Made by a program: the position numbers and the translations under genes. A stretch of 63,173 nt of DNA, counting the filler, from Deltaproteobacteria bacterium (GTDB taxonomy: Bacteria; JACQOV01), in assembly GCA_016202395.1 (NCBI GenBank). It is 4 parts of 4 records of this genome, joined end to end, with 100 filler letters (N's around TTAATTAATTAA, not from the genome) between each part and the next. Parts side by side here need not be neighbours in the genome. Positions count along the whole stretch, not along the records: positions 1 to 24,336 come from JACQOV010000075.1; 3 more parts are not named here. The stretch is one strand, 5' to 3'. Under the pieces are notes generated by a model that had not been told where the DNA came from, did no database searches, and worked only from the letters and a program-made list of their open reading frames with translations. Shown one piece after another: positions 1 to 9,921 of this stretch. Each line of letters opens with the position of its first letter. Position 1 is the first letter of the stretch.

Positions 1-180
1 ATTTTTGGGGTACCCCTCTTGGCGAACCTGGGGACAGGTTGCGAAGCTACCTGTCCCCAGGTGGGTCGTATTTGCTAGAGCGACCCCTGTGGGGACAGTT
101 AGCAAAGCCAAACTGTCCCCACGGGTCAAAAATCTTGCGAGTGAAGCGAGAAAAAAACATTCCCGTGAACTTTCCCCACC
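1..180. repeat. Composite palindromic repeat element (partial, contig start)
   Basis: Hairpins ACCTGGGGACAGGT..ACCTGTCCCCAGGT (26-62) and GTGGGGACAGTT..AACTGTCCCCAC (89-122); bases 1-26 recur at the window end; 123-180 is an imperfect reverse complement of about 63089-63141. Confidence 0.75.
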
Positions 181-225
181 GATGGGAAGCCAGAAGCACA
201 GGCTCTGTTGCTTGAGACGCTTGGG

Positions 226-1953
226 TTAATCTTCGTGGAAGTTGCGGAGATTGCGCGACCGACTCGGATGTTTGAGTTTCTGCAAAGCCTTCGCCTCAAT
301 CTGACGAACCCGTTCGCGAGTCACGTTGTAAACCTTCCCCAACTCTTCCAAACTGTGAGGACGCCTCCCCCCCAACCCAAATCGACGTTTTAAGATCTCC
401 TCTTCTCGCGGAGTTAAGGTCGCCAGTATCTTTCGAGTCTCTTCGCTCAAACTAATCGATTCCACTGCGGTGGACGGATTGACGGCGCCGACATCCTCAA
501 TGAAATATCCTAGCTCGGTCTCTTCATCTCCCCCCACGGGATGTTCCAAGGATAATGGCTCCTGGGCTGCCCGCAAAGCGCTCTTGACTTTATCTACCTC
601 CATCTCCACCTCTGTGGCAATCTCCTCAGGGTTGGGTTCCCTGCCGAGAGACTGACGCAAACTAATTGTGGCGCGAACCATCTTATTGAGATTTTCAATG
701 ACATGAACAGGCAGTCGGATAGAGCGAGCCTTCTCCGCAATGGCTCGGCTCATGGCCTGTCGGATCCACCACGTGGCATAAGTGCTAAACTTGAAACCCT
801 TTTCATAATCAAATTTATCAACGGCCTTCATCAAACCGATGTTGCCTTCTTGAATAAGATCGGAGAACGGAAGCCCGCGCCCCACATAACGCTTCGCCAA
901 ACTCACAACCAAACGGAGGTTGGCTCGAACCATCTCATTCTTGTATTGACGGACGGTTTTCTGAGCCTTTTCCAGCTCCCGATAGAGGGCCTCAAATTGA
1001 GATCGGGACATCTCGATCTCTTCTAATCGTTTTCGAACAGCCCCTTGAGCTTGCTGGATCTGGTTCTCGATCTGCTCCATCCCTTCCCATGTGAGTTTCT
1101 TTTTTAACTTCGCCTTCTCCAAAGGCTCCAAGCCCTTCCGTTTGCGATCGAGAATCTGTTTGATCTCTTCCAGTTCCAACCCTGTTTCTCTTTCAATTCG
1201 AGCAATCTGTTGTTCCGCAGCAACGACGCGATCCCAGATTCGTCTAAACAAAACTTGCACCCTCTCCAAAAATTTCGTCTTAAGAGGAAGGGTCAGTAAG
1301 GTCTCGTAAAGCTTTCCACCTACTTCCTCTCCCTTCTTGCGAAAAACAAGCTTCTTTGTTTTTGAAGCGGTTTTTACAGAGGAGGCTCGGATCTTCTCTT
1401 GCTGCTCCCAGAGTTTTCGGATCTCTGCGGAACAAGCTAATACCTTCTTCTCTAATTTCTTAAGCTGGGCTTCGTTAAAATTCTTCTCAGCATCAATGGG
1501 ATCTAGCAGCGTCTGAATCTTAATCCTCCCCGAACGGAGTCGTTCTTCCACCCTCAAGATTTCACGGACCGCAAGACGGGTCTTTAGCAAAAGGGCCTCA
1601 ATCTGTTTTTCCCCTTCACGAATCTTTTGGTAAATCTCGAGTTCCTGATCTCGACTTAAGGGTTGGAACGCCCCCACGTCCTGGAAGTAGAGGTGAATTG
1701 GATCGACACTCCTCTCCTGCGCAATCCCCCGCTCCACCTTTATTTTCGATTCCGCGGCTGGAGCCTGTGGGGCCTCTTCTTCCGATTCGACCAAGGAGAT
1801 ATCGTTTTGACCGAGCTGATCAAACACCCCCTCTAAATCCTCTGGAGAGAAAGCTTCATCCGGAAGGGCATCGTTGACTTCATCATAGGTCAGATACCCT
1901 TTCTGTTTCCCTCGTTGGATTAAATTTTTAAGATCGAGTTTTCTTTCGTCCAT
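226..1953 (-). CDS. RpoD-like sigma-70 factor, second full-length paralogue
   Basis: Region 1.1 ([14 protein letters not shown]), region 2 ([42 protein letters not shown]), region 4 ([14 protein letters not shown]). Confidence 0.9.
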   Translation of the reverse strand: MDERKLDLKNLIQRGKQKGYLTYDEVNDALPDEAFSPEDLEGVFDQLGQNDISLVESEEEAPQAPAAESKIKVERGIAQERSVDPIHLYFQDVGAFQPLSRDQELEIYQKIREGEKQIEALLLKTRLAVREILRVEERLRSGRIKIQTLLDPIDAEKNFNEAQLKKLEKKVLACSAEIRKLWEQQEKIRASSVKTASKTKKLVFRKKGEEVGGKLYETLLTLPLKTKFLERVQVLFRRIWDRVVAAEQQIARIERETGLELEEIKQILDRKRKGLEPLEKAKLKKKLTWEGMEQIENQIQQAQGAVRKRLEEIEMSRSQFEALYRELEKAQKTVRQYKNEMVRANLRLVVSLAKRYVGRGLPFSDLIQEGNIGLMKAVDKFDYEKGFKFSTYATWWIRQAMSRAIAEKARSIRLPVHVIENLNKMVRATISLRQSLGREPNPEEIATEVEMEVDKVKSALRAAQEPLSLEHPVGGDEETELGYFIEDVGAVNPSTAVESISLSEETRKILATLTPREEEILKRRFGLGGRRPHSLEELGKVYNVTRERVRQIEAKALQKLKHPSRSRNLRNFHED

Positions 1954-2092
1954 GGATCGCTCTTTATTCTCCTAGCAGGAAAGATTGGAGTATAACCCTA
2001 CCAGTCTACCACATTTTTTGTAGAAATCAACTCGATTTAAGATAAACAAAAAATGCATTATAAATCATAGAGTTAGAACATATCCAAGATGT

Positions 2093-2121
2093 TTGACAAG
2101 CTTTAAAAACATTGGTAACGT
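2093..2121 (+). promoter_or_regulatory. Sigma-70 promoter, probably giving a nearly leaderless transcript
   Basis: TTGACA-17 nt-TAACGT with TG extension; ATG at 2130 lies 8 nt downstream with no Shine-Dalgarno. Confidence 0.5.
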
Positions 2122-2129
2122 CCTCCACC

Positions 2130-3044
2130 ATGACTTTACCGAAATTCTGCTCCTCTCTAAAATCGTTCAGAGTCGCAGCCCTACTCTCCCCCCTCCCCTC
2201 TTTAATTCTAGGGGGGGTGGTGGGCTGGCAAGGGGCCCATCCCTTCCTCTGGAGCCGTTTTACCCTTTGCCTATTCTCCTTTTTGTTCCTGCATGGGGGT
2301 TTTGTTTTTCAGAACTCCCTGGAGCCCTCTCCCACCTCTGAGCGGAAAGGGACCCCATGGATGAGACCCTTCACGGGGGGAAAAGGTTTCATCCAACACG
2401 GGACCTCCTCTCGGAAAGAGCCCCACCGATTAGTTCTTGGCTGCTTTGGGATATCGATCCTGTTGAGTTTGGGGCTTATCGCCATCGGTGGCTGGAATTT
2501 TCTATGGATTTACTCCGCAAGTTACATCCTTGCTTATGGTTATCGGACTCCACCCTTTCAATGGGCGTATCGAGGGTTGGGGGAGCTAGCCATAGCCCTC
2601 CTCTACGGTTTTCTTGTGACGTTGGCAGGATACTCCACTCAAACGCACTTCCTATCGGGGGAGATCCTATGGGTGGGGTTCAGCCTTACCCTTTTTGCAA
2701 TAGCAGTTCAGTGTTTGAACGAGTTCCCAGACGCAGAGTTCGATCAAGCGATGGGAAAGAGGCAGGGGGTGGTTCAGCTCGGAAAAGCGCGAGCGGCTCG
2801 TCTCTTTCGTTGGTTCTTCTGGATTGCGTACAATTGGATTGCGCTAGGAGTGCTCGCTAAAATCATCACTCCATGGGCTCTCCTTACGTTCCTTACAGTC
2901 CCTTCCAGTTTTAAAGCCATCCAAGGGGTTCAGAATCATTTCTTCGACACACCCCAATTAGCCCCTTTCAACAATCAGGTGGTGAGAATTTACTTTACAA
3001 CAGCGCTGCTTTTTACTATCTCTTACCTAATAGAGTCCTTTTAG
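2130..3044 (+). CDS. UbiA/MenA-family prenyltransferase-like membrane protein
   Basis: Multi-TM; PFTGGKG, YRTPPFQWAYRGLGE and NEFPDAEFDQAMGK motifs typical of MenA; first Asp-rich motif degenerate. Confidence 0.75.
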   Translation: MTLPKFCSSLKSFRVAALLSPLPSLILGGVVGWQGAHPFLWSRFTLCLFSFLFLHGGFVFQNSLEPSPTSERKGTPWMRPFTGGKGFIQHGTSSRKEPHRLVLGCFGISILLSLGLIAIGGWNFLWIYSASYILAYGYRTPPFQWAYRGLGELAIALLYGFLVTLAGYSTQTHFLSGEILWVGFSLTLFAIAVQCLNEFPDAEFDQAMGKRQGVVQLGKARAARLFRWFFWIAYNWIALGVLAKIITPWALLTFLTVPSSFKAIQGVQNHFFDTPQLAPFNNQVVRIYFTTALLFTISYLIESF

Positions 3045-3053
3045 GGCCAGAAG

Positions 3054-3536
3054 ATGATCAAAAGATTTTGGAACCAACCCAATAAACGCTACCGCAATTT
3101 TCAGATGGCTTATGCGATTCTTACGCTCAACTTTTTATTTCCAGCGATCTCCTACCTTTTTCAACCGGAGGTCGCCGTCCGCTCGCTCACCGACTTCGGC
3201 ATGCTTTTTGGCTATCCCTATCCTGTTTCTGAAGAAAGTCATCTCTGGAGAATCCTTGCTGTAGGCAACGTTCTCACGCTCTCTTTTTCCTGTTTTCTTC
3301 TGCAGTGGAATCTCATTCGATTTTACCCCGTGCTGGTCCCCCTCGTTTTCATGAAGCTGACCGCCTCTTTTGGATTTTTAGGCGTTTTCTTGTTTGTGAC
3401 ATCACACCCCTCCTATCTAGGCATTTTTTTGCTTGATGGAGTGACGGCCTCTGCGATGCTTTATTTTGCGATCAAGGCCCGCCGCTCCCTTCCTTCGGAT
3501 CTTTCTCTTCTAGTCCCCCAACCGAGGTCTCGATGA
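3054..3536 (+). CDS. Hypothetical 4-TM membrane protein
   Basis: Hydrophobic helices; tightly packed in operon, ATGA overlap with next gene. Confidence 0.7.
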   Translation: MIKRFWNQPNKRYRNFQMAYAILTLNFLFPAISYLFQPEVAVRSLTDFGMLFGYPYPVSEESHLWRILAVGNVLTLSFSCFLLQWNLIRFYPVLVPLVFMKLTASFGFLGVFLFVTSHPSYLGIFLLDGVTASAMLYFAIKARRSLPSDLSLLVPQPRSR

Positions 3537-3943
3537 GTCGTTACGAGCGGAGATGGATTGTGGGTGTAGTCCACGCCATCTATCCTTCTGATGTAACGGC
3601 CGGTGTCACAGGCTTTCCTTTAGGAGCCAAAGAGTTCCCCATGGATCGCTTCGTGGAAGATTTTTTTAGACACACCAGTTTTCAAGCGCGATGGGGATTG
3701 CGATTTGCGTTCTTCCTTTTCCAGATTTTACCGTTTTTATTCATCGGGCGCTTTCGATTTTTTCACCGTTTAGATCCAAAAGACCAACAACGTTATCTGG
3801 AATGCTGGCACTACCACCGTTTTCACGTGATCCGAGAGGTCACGGTTTTGTTTAAATTGGTGGCCTCTTTAGGTTTTTGCGGTTTTCCCGAGGTTCAAGA
3901 GAGGATTGGATATGACAAACCCAACCGACAACCCCCTCTATAA
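3533..3943 (+). CDS. Gluconate 2-dehydrogenase subunit 3-like small partner of GMC oxidoreductase
   Basis: RFFHRLDPKDQQRYLECW and PEVQERIGY motifs; directly upstream of a GMC oxidoreductase. Confidence 0.6.
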   Translation: MSRYERRWIVGVVHAIYPSDVTAGVTGFPLGAKEFPMDRFVEDFFRHTSFQARWGLRFAFFLFQILPFLFIGRFRFFHRLDPKDQQRYLECWHYHRFHVIREVTVLFKLVASLGFCGFPEVQERIGYDKPNRQPPL

Positions 3944-5468
3944 TTCCAACCAGCATGTTCGGGGAGAATTCGTCGAAAAAGACCTCTACGATGAAGCGGA
4001 TTACTGCATCGTTGGATCGGGAGCCGCAGGAGCCGCGTGCGCCCGGACCCTCACGAAAGAAGGGGCCTCCGTGATCCTCGTTGAAGAAGGTCCCTACTAC
4101 TCTTCTGCGAACTACACAGTGAATGTTTGGAAAACGATGAAAAAGGTGTGCCGAGAGGCAGGGATGCTCGCGGCGATCACCCCCTCTTTCTCCATGCCGA
4201 TCCTTCAAGGGACCTGCGTGGGGGGAAGCACCTTGATCAACTCCGCCATTAGTTGGCGTCTTCCGGAAGAGGCCCATCACGTCTGGGCAAAACAGTTCGG
4301 CCTTGGAGAAGCGCTCCCTTACGCAGCCCTTGAAAACTGTTTCTCTACGATTGAAGAGGAGCTTCACATTGTGTCTACCCCTGACAACGTCGCGGGAAAA
4401 AACAACCTCCTTATGAAAAAAGGGGCGCAGGCCTTAGGGATCCCTGCGAGTCCCACACTGCGGGCCGTTCACGAATGCGAGGGGAAAGGGCTTTGTCTCC
4501 AAGGATGTCCCAATCACCGCAAGCAGAGCATGACGATCACTTACATCCCCATGGCTCTGCAAAAAGGGGCCCGTCTCTACTCGAGTTGCCGCGTGGAGAA
4601 GATCTCTGTTGAAAAGGGGGCCTCTGTTGGAGTGATTGGCCACTTCCTCTCTCAAGATCGCCAAAGAAAAAAGATGAAGCTCCAAGTGCGAGCCCGAAAA
4701 GGGGTGATCCTGGCGGCTAGCGCCATTCAAACCCCTCTCCTCCTCCAACGAAATCGGCTGGCCAACTCGAGCGGCCAGGTCGGCGCTCATTTTCAAGCCC
4801 ATCCCGGAGCCGCGATGCTCGGGTTTTACAAAGAAGAGGTGCGACAGTGGGAGGGGGCCACACAGGGCTTTCAGACAAAACCCTCCTGGGAAAAACGATA
4901 CAAGCTAGAGTCTTTAACATTGCCACCGGAGCTTTTGATGATTCGAATGCCGGGCATCGGGCTAAAAACCATGTCCTATTTGGATTCCCTGCGACATACC
5001 GCTCTTTGGGTGGCGGCGATAAGATCGGAGGCCCAAGGAAAAATTCGAAATTTCCTGGGGATTCCTCAAGTCCTCTATGTGCCAACTCCCCGAGACATGG
5101 AGACGCTACGGAACGCGCTAAAAACACTGGCCGATATGCATTTCGCTGCGGGGGCCTATGCCGTGGCGCCCAATGTGTTAGGGCTCCCCGATCTCTTAAC
5201 CTCTCCAGACCAAACGCGCCTACTTTCGGAACAGCCTGCCCAACCGGGACAAGTGACCATGGCCGCAACCCATCTGTTTGGAACCTGCCGGATGGGAGTG
5301 GATCCTAAAACAAGTGTGGTGAACCCCCGATTCGAATGCCATGATGTAAAGAAACTCTACATTACCGACTCCAGCGTTTTCCCAACCAACATTGGTGTGA
5401 ACCCTCAACACACCATTATCGCCATGGCGATGCACGCCTCCCATGGGATTTTGGATCGAGGCTCTTGA
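3912..5468 (+). CDS. GMC family FAD oxidoreductase
   Basis: IVGSGAAG FAD site, GTCVGGSTLIN, CxxxxxCxxGC, HLFGTCRMG, FPTNIGVNPQHTI. Confidence 0.9.
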   Translation: MTNPTDNPLYNSNQHVRGEFVEKDLYDEADYCIVGSGAAGAACARTLTKEGASVILVEEGPYYSSANYTVNVWKTMKKVCREAGMLAAITPSFSMPILQGTCVGGSTLINSAISWRLPEEAHHVWAKQFGLGEALPYAALENCFSTIEEELHIVSTPDNVAGKNNLLMKKGAQALGIPASPTLRAVHECEGKGLCLQGCPNHRKQSMTITYIPMALQKGARLYSSCRVEKISVEKGASVGVIGHFLSQDRQRKKMKLQVRARKGVILAASAIQTPLLLQRNRLANSSGQVGAHFQAHPGAAMLGFYKEEVRQWEGATQGFQTKPSWEKRYKLESLTLPPELLMIRMPGIGLKTMSYLDSLRHTALWVAAIRSEAQGKIRNFLGIPQVLYVPTPRDMETLRNALKTLADMHFAAGAYAVAPNVLGLPDLLTSPDQTRLLSEQPAQPGQVTMAATHLFGTCRMGVDPKTSVVNPRFECHDVKKLYITDSSVFPTNIGVNPQHTIIAMAMHASHGILDRGS

Positions 5469-5519
5469 ATCGTGGGGGGGAAGATGGTATACGCATTGCA
5501 ATATTGAAGGAGGATCATT

Positions 5520-6371
5520 ATGGGACTTTTAGATGGAAAAGTGGCTGTCGTCACAGGAGCCGGAGGCGGGATTGGTCGTTCTCACGCACTGGCTCTGGCT
5601 AAGGAAGGGGCCTCTGTCGTTGTGAATGATGTGGGAGCGAGCCGAGACGGTGTCGGAGGAAACGCCTCTATGGCCGACCGAGTGGTAGCGGAGATCAAGG
5701 CTTTAGGAGGAAAAGCCGTTGCAAACTACGACTCCGTAGCAACGGTGGAAGGGGGGAAAAAGATCATCCAAACCGCGATCGATCACTTCGGCAAGATCGA
5801 CATCCTCGTGAACAATGCCGGAATTCTAAGGGACAAAACCCTGGTCAAGATGACCGAAGAACAATGGGATGTTGTCATTGCCGTTCATTTGAAAGGGACT
5901 TTCGCTTGCACTCAACCGGCGGTTCAATTCATGAGGGATCGCAACATCCCAGGACGAATCATTAACACCTCTTCACTCGCAGGTCTGATCGGAAATTTTG
6001 GGCAGGCCAATTATGGAGCGGCTAAAGCAGGGATTGCAGGATTCACACGGGTGGTGGCTGTGGAAACTCAAAAGCATGGAATTACTTGTAATGCCATCGC
6101 CCCCATCGCTAAAACGCGGATGACGGAAGATCTCCCCATGTTTCAAGACGCAGGCGAGACTCTCGAGCCAGAATTCATCTCTCCGGTTGTGGTGTTTCTT
6201 GCCTCGGACCTTGCAAGCAACATTACAGGGAAAATTTTTGGAGTGCACGGAAAGCAACTCTTTGCCTACGAGATGAAGACAACCGAGGGGATCACAAAAG
6301 CAGAAGGATGGACTCCTCAAGAGATCGCCAAGCATCTGCCGAAGATTCTGGGTGAAGAAGTTGCTGCATAA
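5520..6371 (+). CDS. SDR family oxidoreductase (MFE-2 / 3-hydroxyacyl-CoA dehydrogenase-like)
   Basis: TGAGGGIG, NNAGILRD, GNFGQANYGAAK; RBS AGGAGG. Confidence 0.9.
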   Translation: MGLLDGKVAVVTGAGGGIGRSHALALAKEGASVVVNDVGASRDGVGGNASMADRVVAEIKALGGKAVANYDSVATVEGGKKIIQTAIDHFGKIDILVNNAGILRDKTLVKMTEEQWDVVIAVHLKGTFACTQPAVQFMRDRNIPGRIINTSSLAGLIGNFGQANYGAAKAGIAGFTRVVAVETQKHGITCNAIAPIAKTRMTEDLPMFQDAGETLEPEFISPVVVFLASDLASNITGKIFGVHGKQLFAYEMKTTEGITKAEGWTPQEIAKHLPKILGEEVAA

Positions 6372-6375
6372 ATTA

Positions 6376-6458
6376 TAACCCCCTCTATCTCCCCCTTAAA
6401 TTAAGGGGGAGAACCCAAAGTCCCTCCCCTTAGAATAAGGGGAGGTTAGGAGGGGTTA
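6376..6458. repeat. CCCCTT..AAGGGG double-hairpin repeat between convergent genes; supplies the comF stop
   Basis: CTCCCCCTTAAATTAAGGGGGAG and CCTCCCCTTAGAATAAGGGGAGG; near-identical inverted copy at 40905-40940. Confidence 0.7.
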
Positions 6459-7176
6459 GGAAATCCGGAGCGGAGCGAGCCAACGTCAACACATCCACCG
6501 AAACCGCCCCTCCCTGGCGAATCGCTCGAGCGCAGGCCTGCGAAGTAGCCCCCGTCGTCCAAACATCATCGATCAAAAGGACCCTTCTCCCACGAAAGCA
6601 ACCCTTGGAAGCCACCTTAAAAGCCCCCTTCACATTTTGGAGTCTTTGACGTCGTGGAAGTTCCACTTGAGGGAGGGTCTCTCGCACCCTTTGCAGAGAA
6701 TGGGGATCACAGGGGACATTCAAGCCCCTCGAAATCGCTCGAGCCAAAAGCTGGGCGGGATTAAACCGTCTTTCGCGCAATCGATGGGGATGCAAAGGGA
6801 TGGGAACCACCACATCAAACGCGCCCATCGTCCCGTCTTGAGAAAGAAACCCTTTCATAGCGACGGCTAAGGCAGGGGCGACGTTCTCCCCTTTCTGATA
6901 TTTTAACCGATGAATGGCCTCGCGAACAGGGCCTTCATAAAGAAACAAAGAACGAGAGAGCCGAAAAGGGCGATGCTCTGTCAAACAATCGCCGCACAGA
7001 GAATCTCTCTGAGAGCCCACGCCCAAGGGATCTCCACAGGCGGGGCACAGAGGGGAAGAGACCGGACGCGTTCTATCCTGACAACTCGCGCAGAATAGAG
7101 GCTCGGAATCCCTCAACGGTTGCGCGCAACCCGCACACTTGAGAGGAAAAAATAGATCGAGAAGGGGAATTTTCAT
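6430..7176 (-). CDS. comF: ComF family amidophosphoribosyltransferase-like protein
   Basis: N-terminal CxxC zinc ribbons, VVVPIPLH..RRFNPA, VLLIDDVWTTGAT PRPP-binding motif. Confidence 0.9.
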   Translation of the reverse strand: MKIPLLDLFFPLKCAGCAQPLRDSEPLFCASCQDRTRPVSSPLCPACGDPLGVGSQRDSLCGDCLTEHRPFRLSRSLFLYEGPVREAIHRLKYQKGENVAPALAVAMKGFLSQDGTMGAFDVVVPIPLHPHRLRERRFNPAQLLARAISRGLNVPCDPHSLQRVRETLPQVELPRRQRLQNVKGAFKVASKGCFRGRRVLLIDDVWTTGATSQACARAIRQGGAVSVDVLTLARSAPDFLTPPNLPLF

Positions 7177-8294
7177 GTTTCAAGCGTTCTATCCGGAATC
7201 TCTAAAGGGGCTGCCGAAGGGACCCGCTCTGTGGAGATCGATTCGGGGAGATGCGATTGGAGCCTCTCCTGGAATCGGCTGAGTTGCTTCTCCGCTTTGT
7301 CATAGCTCGATCGCGCGTTCTGGAGATGGGCCCCCAATTTCCGGAATTCCTCTCCAAACCGTCCCATCTCCGATTGCAGGCGATCCAGATGTCTTAAAAT
7401 CTCCTCCGTTCTTTTTTCGAGCTTGAGCCCTTTGAGCCCCATCGCCACTGTGGAAAGATAAAGATAGAGACTCTGCGGAGAAACAAGAAAGATATTCTTT
7501 TCCCGCGCGTACTGAGCAAAGCTTTTCTCTCCATAGGAGATCTCCTCGCGAATTGCTGTTTCATAGTAAACCCCCTCGACAGGAATGTACATCAAGGCAA
7601 AGGGGCAAGTCCCTTCATCCGGAGCAATATATTTTTTCGCGATCGCATCGACATGGACCTTGAGATCTTGCCCCAATTCCTTGCGCAATCTCTTCTTCTC
7701 TTCCTCGGTGGAGGCCTCTAAAATCCGACGAAAATTCTCCAAAGGAAATTTGGAGTCGATTGGGACAATCCCTTCCTTCAAGCGAACAATGGCATCCACT
7801 TTCTCCCCACTCCGAAAACTATAAGGCATCTCGAAATGCTCGCGAGGCAAAACTTGGCCTAAAAGATCTCCCAATAAAAACTCCCCAAATCCCCCACGGA
7901 GCTTGGGGGCCTGCAAAATCTCTTGAAGGCTAGAGATATCCTTGCTCACCTCATAGATCCGCTTCTGTTGCTCGATCACCGATCCGAGCTGTTGACGAAC
8001 CTCCCCCACCATCTGGGCCGCATCCCCCAACCTCTCTCCGATTGCGCCGTGAGTCCGCTGCATCATCTGGGTATTTTCACCCAACTGCTCATGAAACCCT
8101 CGTTGAAACCGATCCATGGCCTGCTGCATCTCCGATCGCAAGGCGCTAAATTGCTGCTGCAAAAGATTCAATCCTGCAGAAGAATCACCCGCAGAAGAAC
8201 TAGAAGATCGCCTTTGCAAAATAAGAATAATCCCTAAGAGGAAGAGGCCAACCACCGCCCCCGCAAATAAAACTACGATCCATGAAACTGTCAT
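7173..8294 (-). CDS. rmuC: DNA recombination protein RmuC
   Basis: N-terminal TM, coiled coil, PKLRGGFGE, IDSKFP, FALMYIPVEG. Confidence 0.9.
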   Translation of the reverse strand: MTVSWIVVLFAGAVVGLFLLGIILILQRRSSSSSAGDSSAGLNLLQQQFSALRSEMQQAMDRFQRGFHEQLGENTQMMQRTHGAIGERLGDAAQMVGEVRQQLGSVIEQQKRIYEVSKDISSLQEILQAPKLRGGFGEFLLGDLLGQVLPREHFEMPYSFRSGEKVDAIVRLKEGIVPIDSKFPLENFRRILEASTEEEKKRLRKELGQDLKVHVDAIAKKYIAPDEGTCPFALMYIPVEGVYYETAIREEISYGEKSFAQYAREKNIFLVSPQSLYLYLSTVAMGLKGLKLEKRTEEILRHLDRLQSEMGRFGEEFRKLGAHLQNARSSYDKAEKQLSRFQERLQSHLPESISTERVPSAAPLEIPDRTLET

Positions 8295-9034
8295 GAAAGA
8301 TCTCCTCCTACCTGGATTAAAAGAAAAACCTCAACATTTCCTCGGGAAGATTTCATCGGAGATTCACAGCGTCCCAAAGGGATCCATCCCTGCTCTTGAG
8401 AAAAAAGCTCAATCTTTCGGATAGCTCTCTCTCGCTTTAAAGGATCGCGTACGATCCCCCCTTTCCCCACCTCCCCTTTTTCTAATTCAAACTGTGGCTT
8501 CACCAAAGCCAAAATCTCCCCTTTCGGCCTCAAACATCGAGCGATGGGAGGCAACACGAGGCAAAGTGAAATAAAAGAGACATCCACACACGCCAAATCG
8601 AGTGGCTCAGAGATCTCCTCCGGCCTCAGATAACGAACATTCCTCTTTTCAACAACAACGACGCGGGGATCGCCGCGAAGTTTAGGATCCAGCTGCCCGT
8701 AACCGACATCGTAAGCATAAACCTTCTTCGCCCCATGAGACAGCAAACAATCCGTGAATCCTCCGGTGGAGGCCCCCACATCCAAAACGACCTTCCCCAA
8801 AACATCCCGTTGAAAGTGATGGAGCGCCCGTTCCAATTTTTCTCCGCCAAAACCTACATAGGAAGGGCCTCGTGCTCGAATCTCCAGGGGCAAGTCCTTG
8901 GGAACGGTTAAACCCGATTTATCGAGTCGTTGATCTCCCGAAAAAACCTCTCCCGCCATAATCCGAGCCTTTGCGAGCTCCCGACTCCCCACAAGGCCCC
9001 TTTCCACCAACAATTGATCCAAACGAACTACCAT
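8291..9034 (-). CDS. tlyA: TlyA family rRNA 2'-O-methyltransferase
   Basis: S4 domain RLDQLLVERGL, LDVGASTGGFTD, DVSFISL, LVKPQFE. Confidence 0.92.
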   Translation of the reverse strand: MVVRLDQLLVERGLVGSRELAKARIMAGEVFSGDQRLDKSGLTVPKDLPLEIRARGPSYVGFGGEKLERALHHFQRDVLGKVVLDVGASTGGFTDCLLSHGAKKVYAYDVGYGQLDPKLRGDPRVVVVEKRNVRYLRPEEISEPLDLACVDVSFISLCLVLPPIARCLRPKGEILALVKPQFELEKGEVGKGGIVRDPLKRERAIRKIELFSQEQGWIPLGRCESPMKSSRGNVEVFLLIQVGGDLS

Positions 9035-9918
9035 TGGCGGTCGACAATGTAGCGAGCCAGCTCTCGCAGACGCTGCGCCTTTGGCCCCAGAAAATGGATG
9101 GACTGAATTCCTTGCTCCACGAGATCCACCGCCCGGCCTCTGGATTCCTCAATCCCTAACAGTAAAGGGTAAGTGAGTTTCCCTTTCCTCTGATCGCTCA
9201 AAACTTCCTTTCCCAAAAGAGAAGGCTCTCCAACCACATCTAAAACATCATCGGCAATCTGAAAAGCCAGTCCCATCAACTTCCCATAAATGGAAAGGGC
9301 CTCCAATTGGGAAGGGGCGGCTCCAGATAACTTGGCAGCTCCCAGAACTGTGGCTCGAATCAATTCTCCGGTTTTATGAACATGAATGTACTCCAGAAGA
9401 GGGAGTGAAACCTCTTGTCCGGTCGATTGAACATCGGCCGTCTGCCCTCCTGCCATCCCTAAAGGGCCTGAGGCTAAAGCCACATCCCAAGCCACTCTTA
9501 AAAGGGTCTCCGGTTTTGCGTGGGGGTAAAGAGAGGCATCGGTCAAAACACGAAAAGCCTCGGCCAGAAGGGCATCTCCTGCCAGAATAGCCAGCGCCTC
9601 TCCAAACGCCACATGACAAGTCGGTTGCCCTCGACGAAGAACGTCATTATCCATCGCTGGAAGATCATCATGAATTAAAGAGTAGGCGTGGATCATCTCA
9701 ACCGCGCAGGCCAGTGGGAGAACGTTATCACACTCTCCTTCCATCGCTTCACAAGTGGCCAAAGCCAAGATGGGACGGAAACGCTTTCCTCCGGAAAAAA
9801 CACTATAACGCATGGCTTCGTGAAGCTTGTGAGGCTCTTTTGTCGACGAAGGGAGGAGGCAAGCCAACGCTCCATCGACGCGAGCGCGATGGCCCTCCAT
9901 ATATTTCTCTAAATCCAT
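9028..9918 (-). CDS. ispA: Farnesyl/geranylgeranyl diphosphate synthase
   Basis: GGKRFRP, SLIHDDLPAMDND..RRG, FQIADDVLD. Confidence 0.9.
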   Translation of the reverse strand: MDLEKYMEGHRARVDGALACLLPSSTKEPHKLHEAMRYSVFSGGKRFRPILALATCEAMEGECDNVLPLACAVEMIHAYSLIHDDLPAMDNDVLRRGQPTCHVAFGEALAILAGDALLAEAFRVLTDASLYPHAKPETLLRVAWDVALASGPLGMAGGQTADVQSTGQEVSLPLLEYIHVHKTGELIRATVLGAAKLSGAAPSQLEALSIYGKLMGLAFQIADDVLDVVGEPSLLGKEVLSDQRKGKLTYPLLLGIEESRGRAVDLVEQGIQSIHFLGPKAQRLRELARYIVDRQW

Positions 9919-9921
9919 AAA

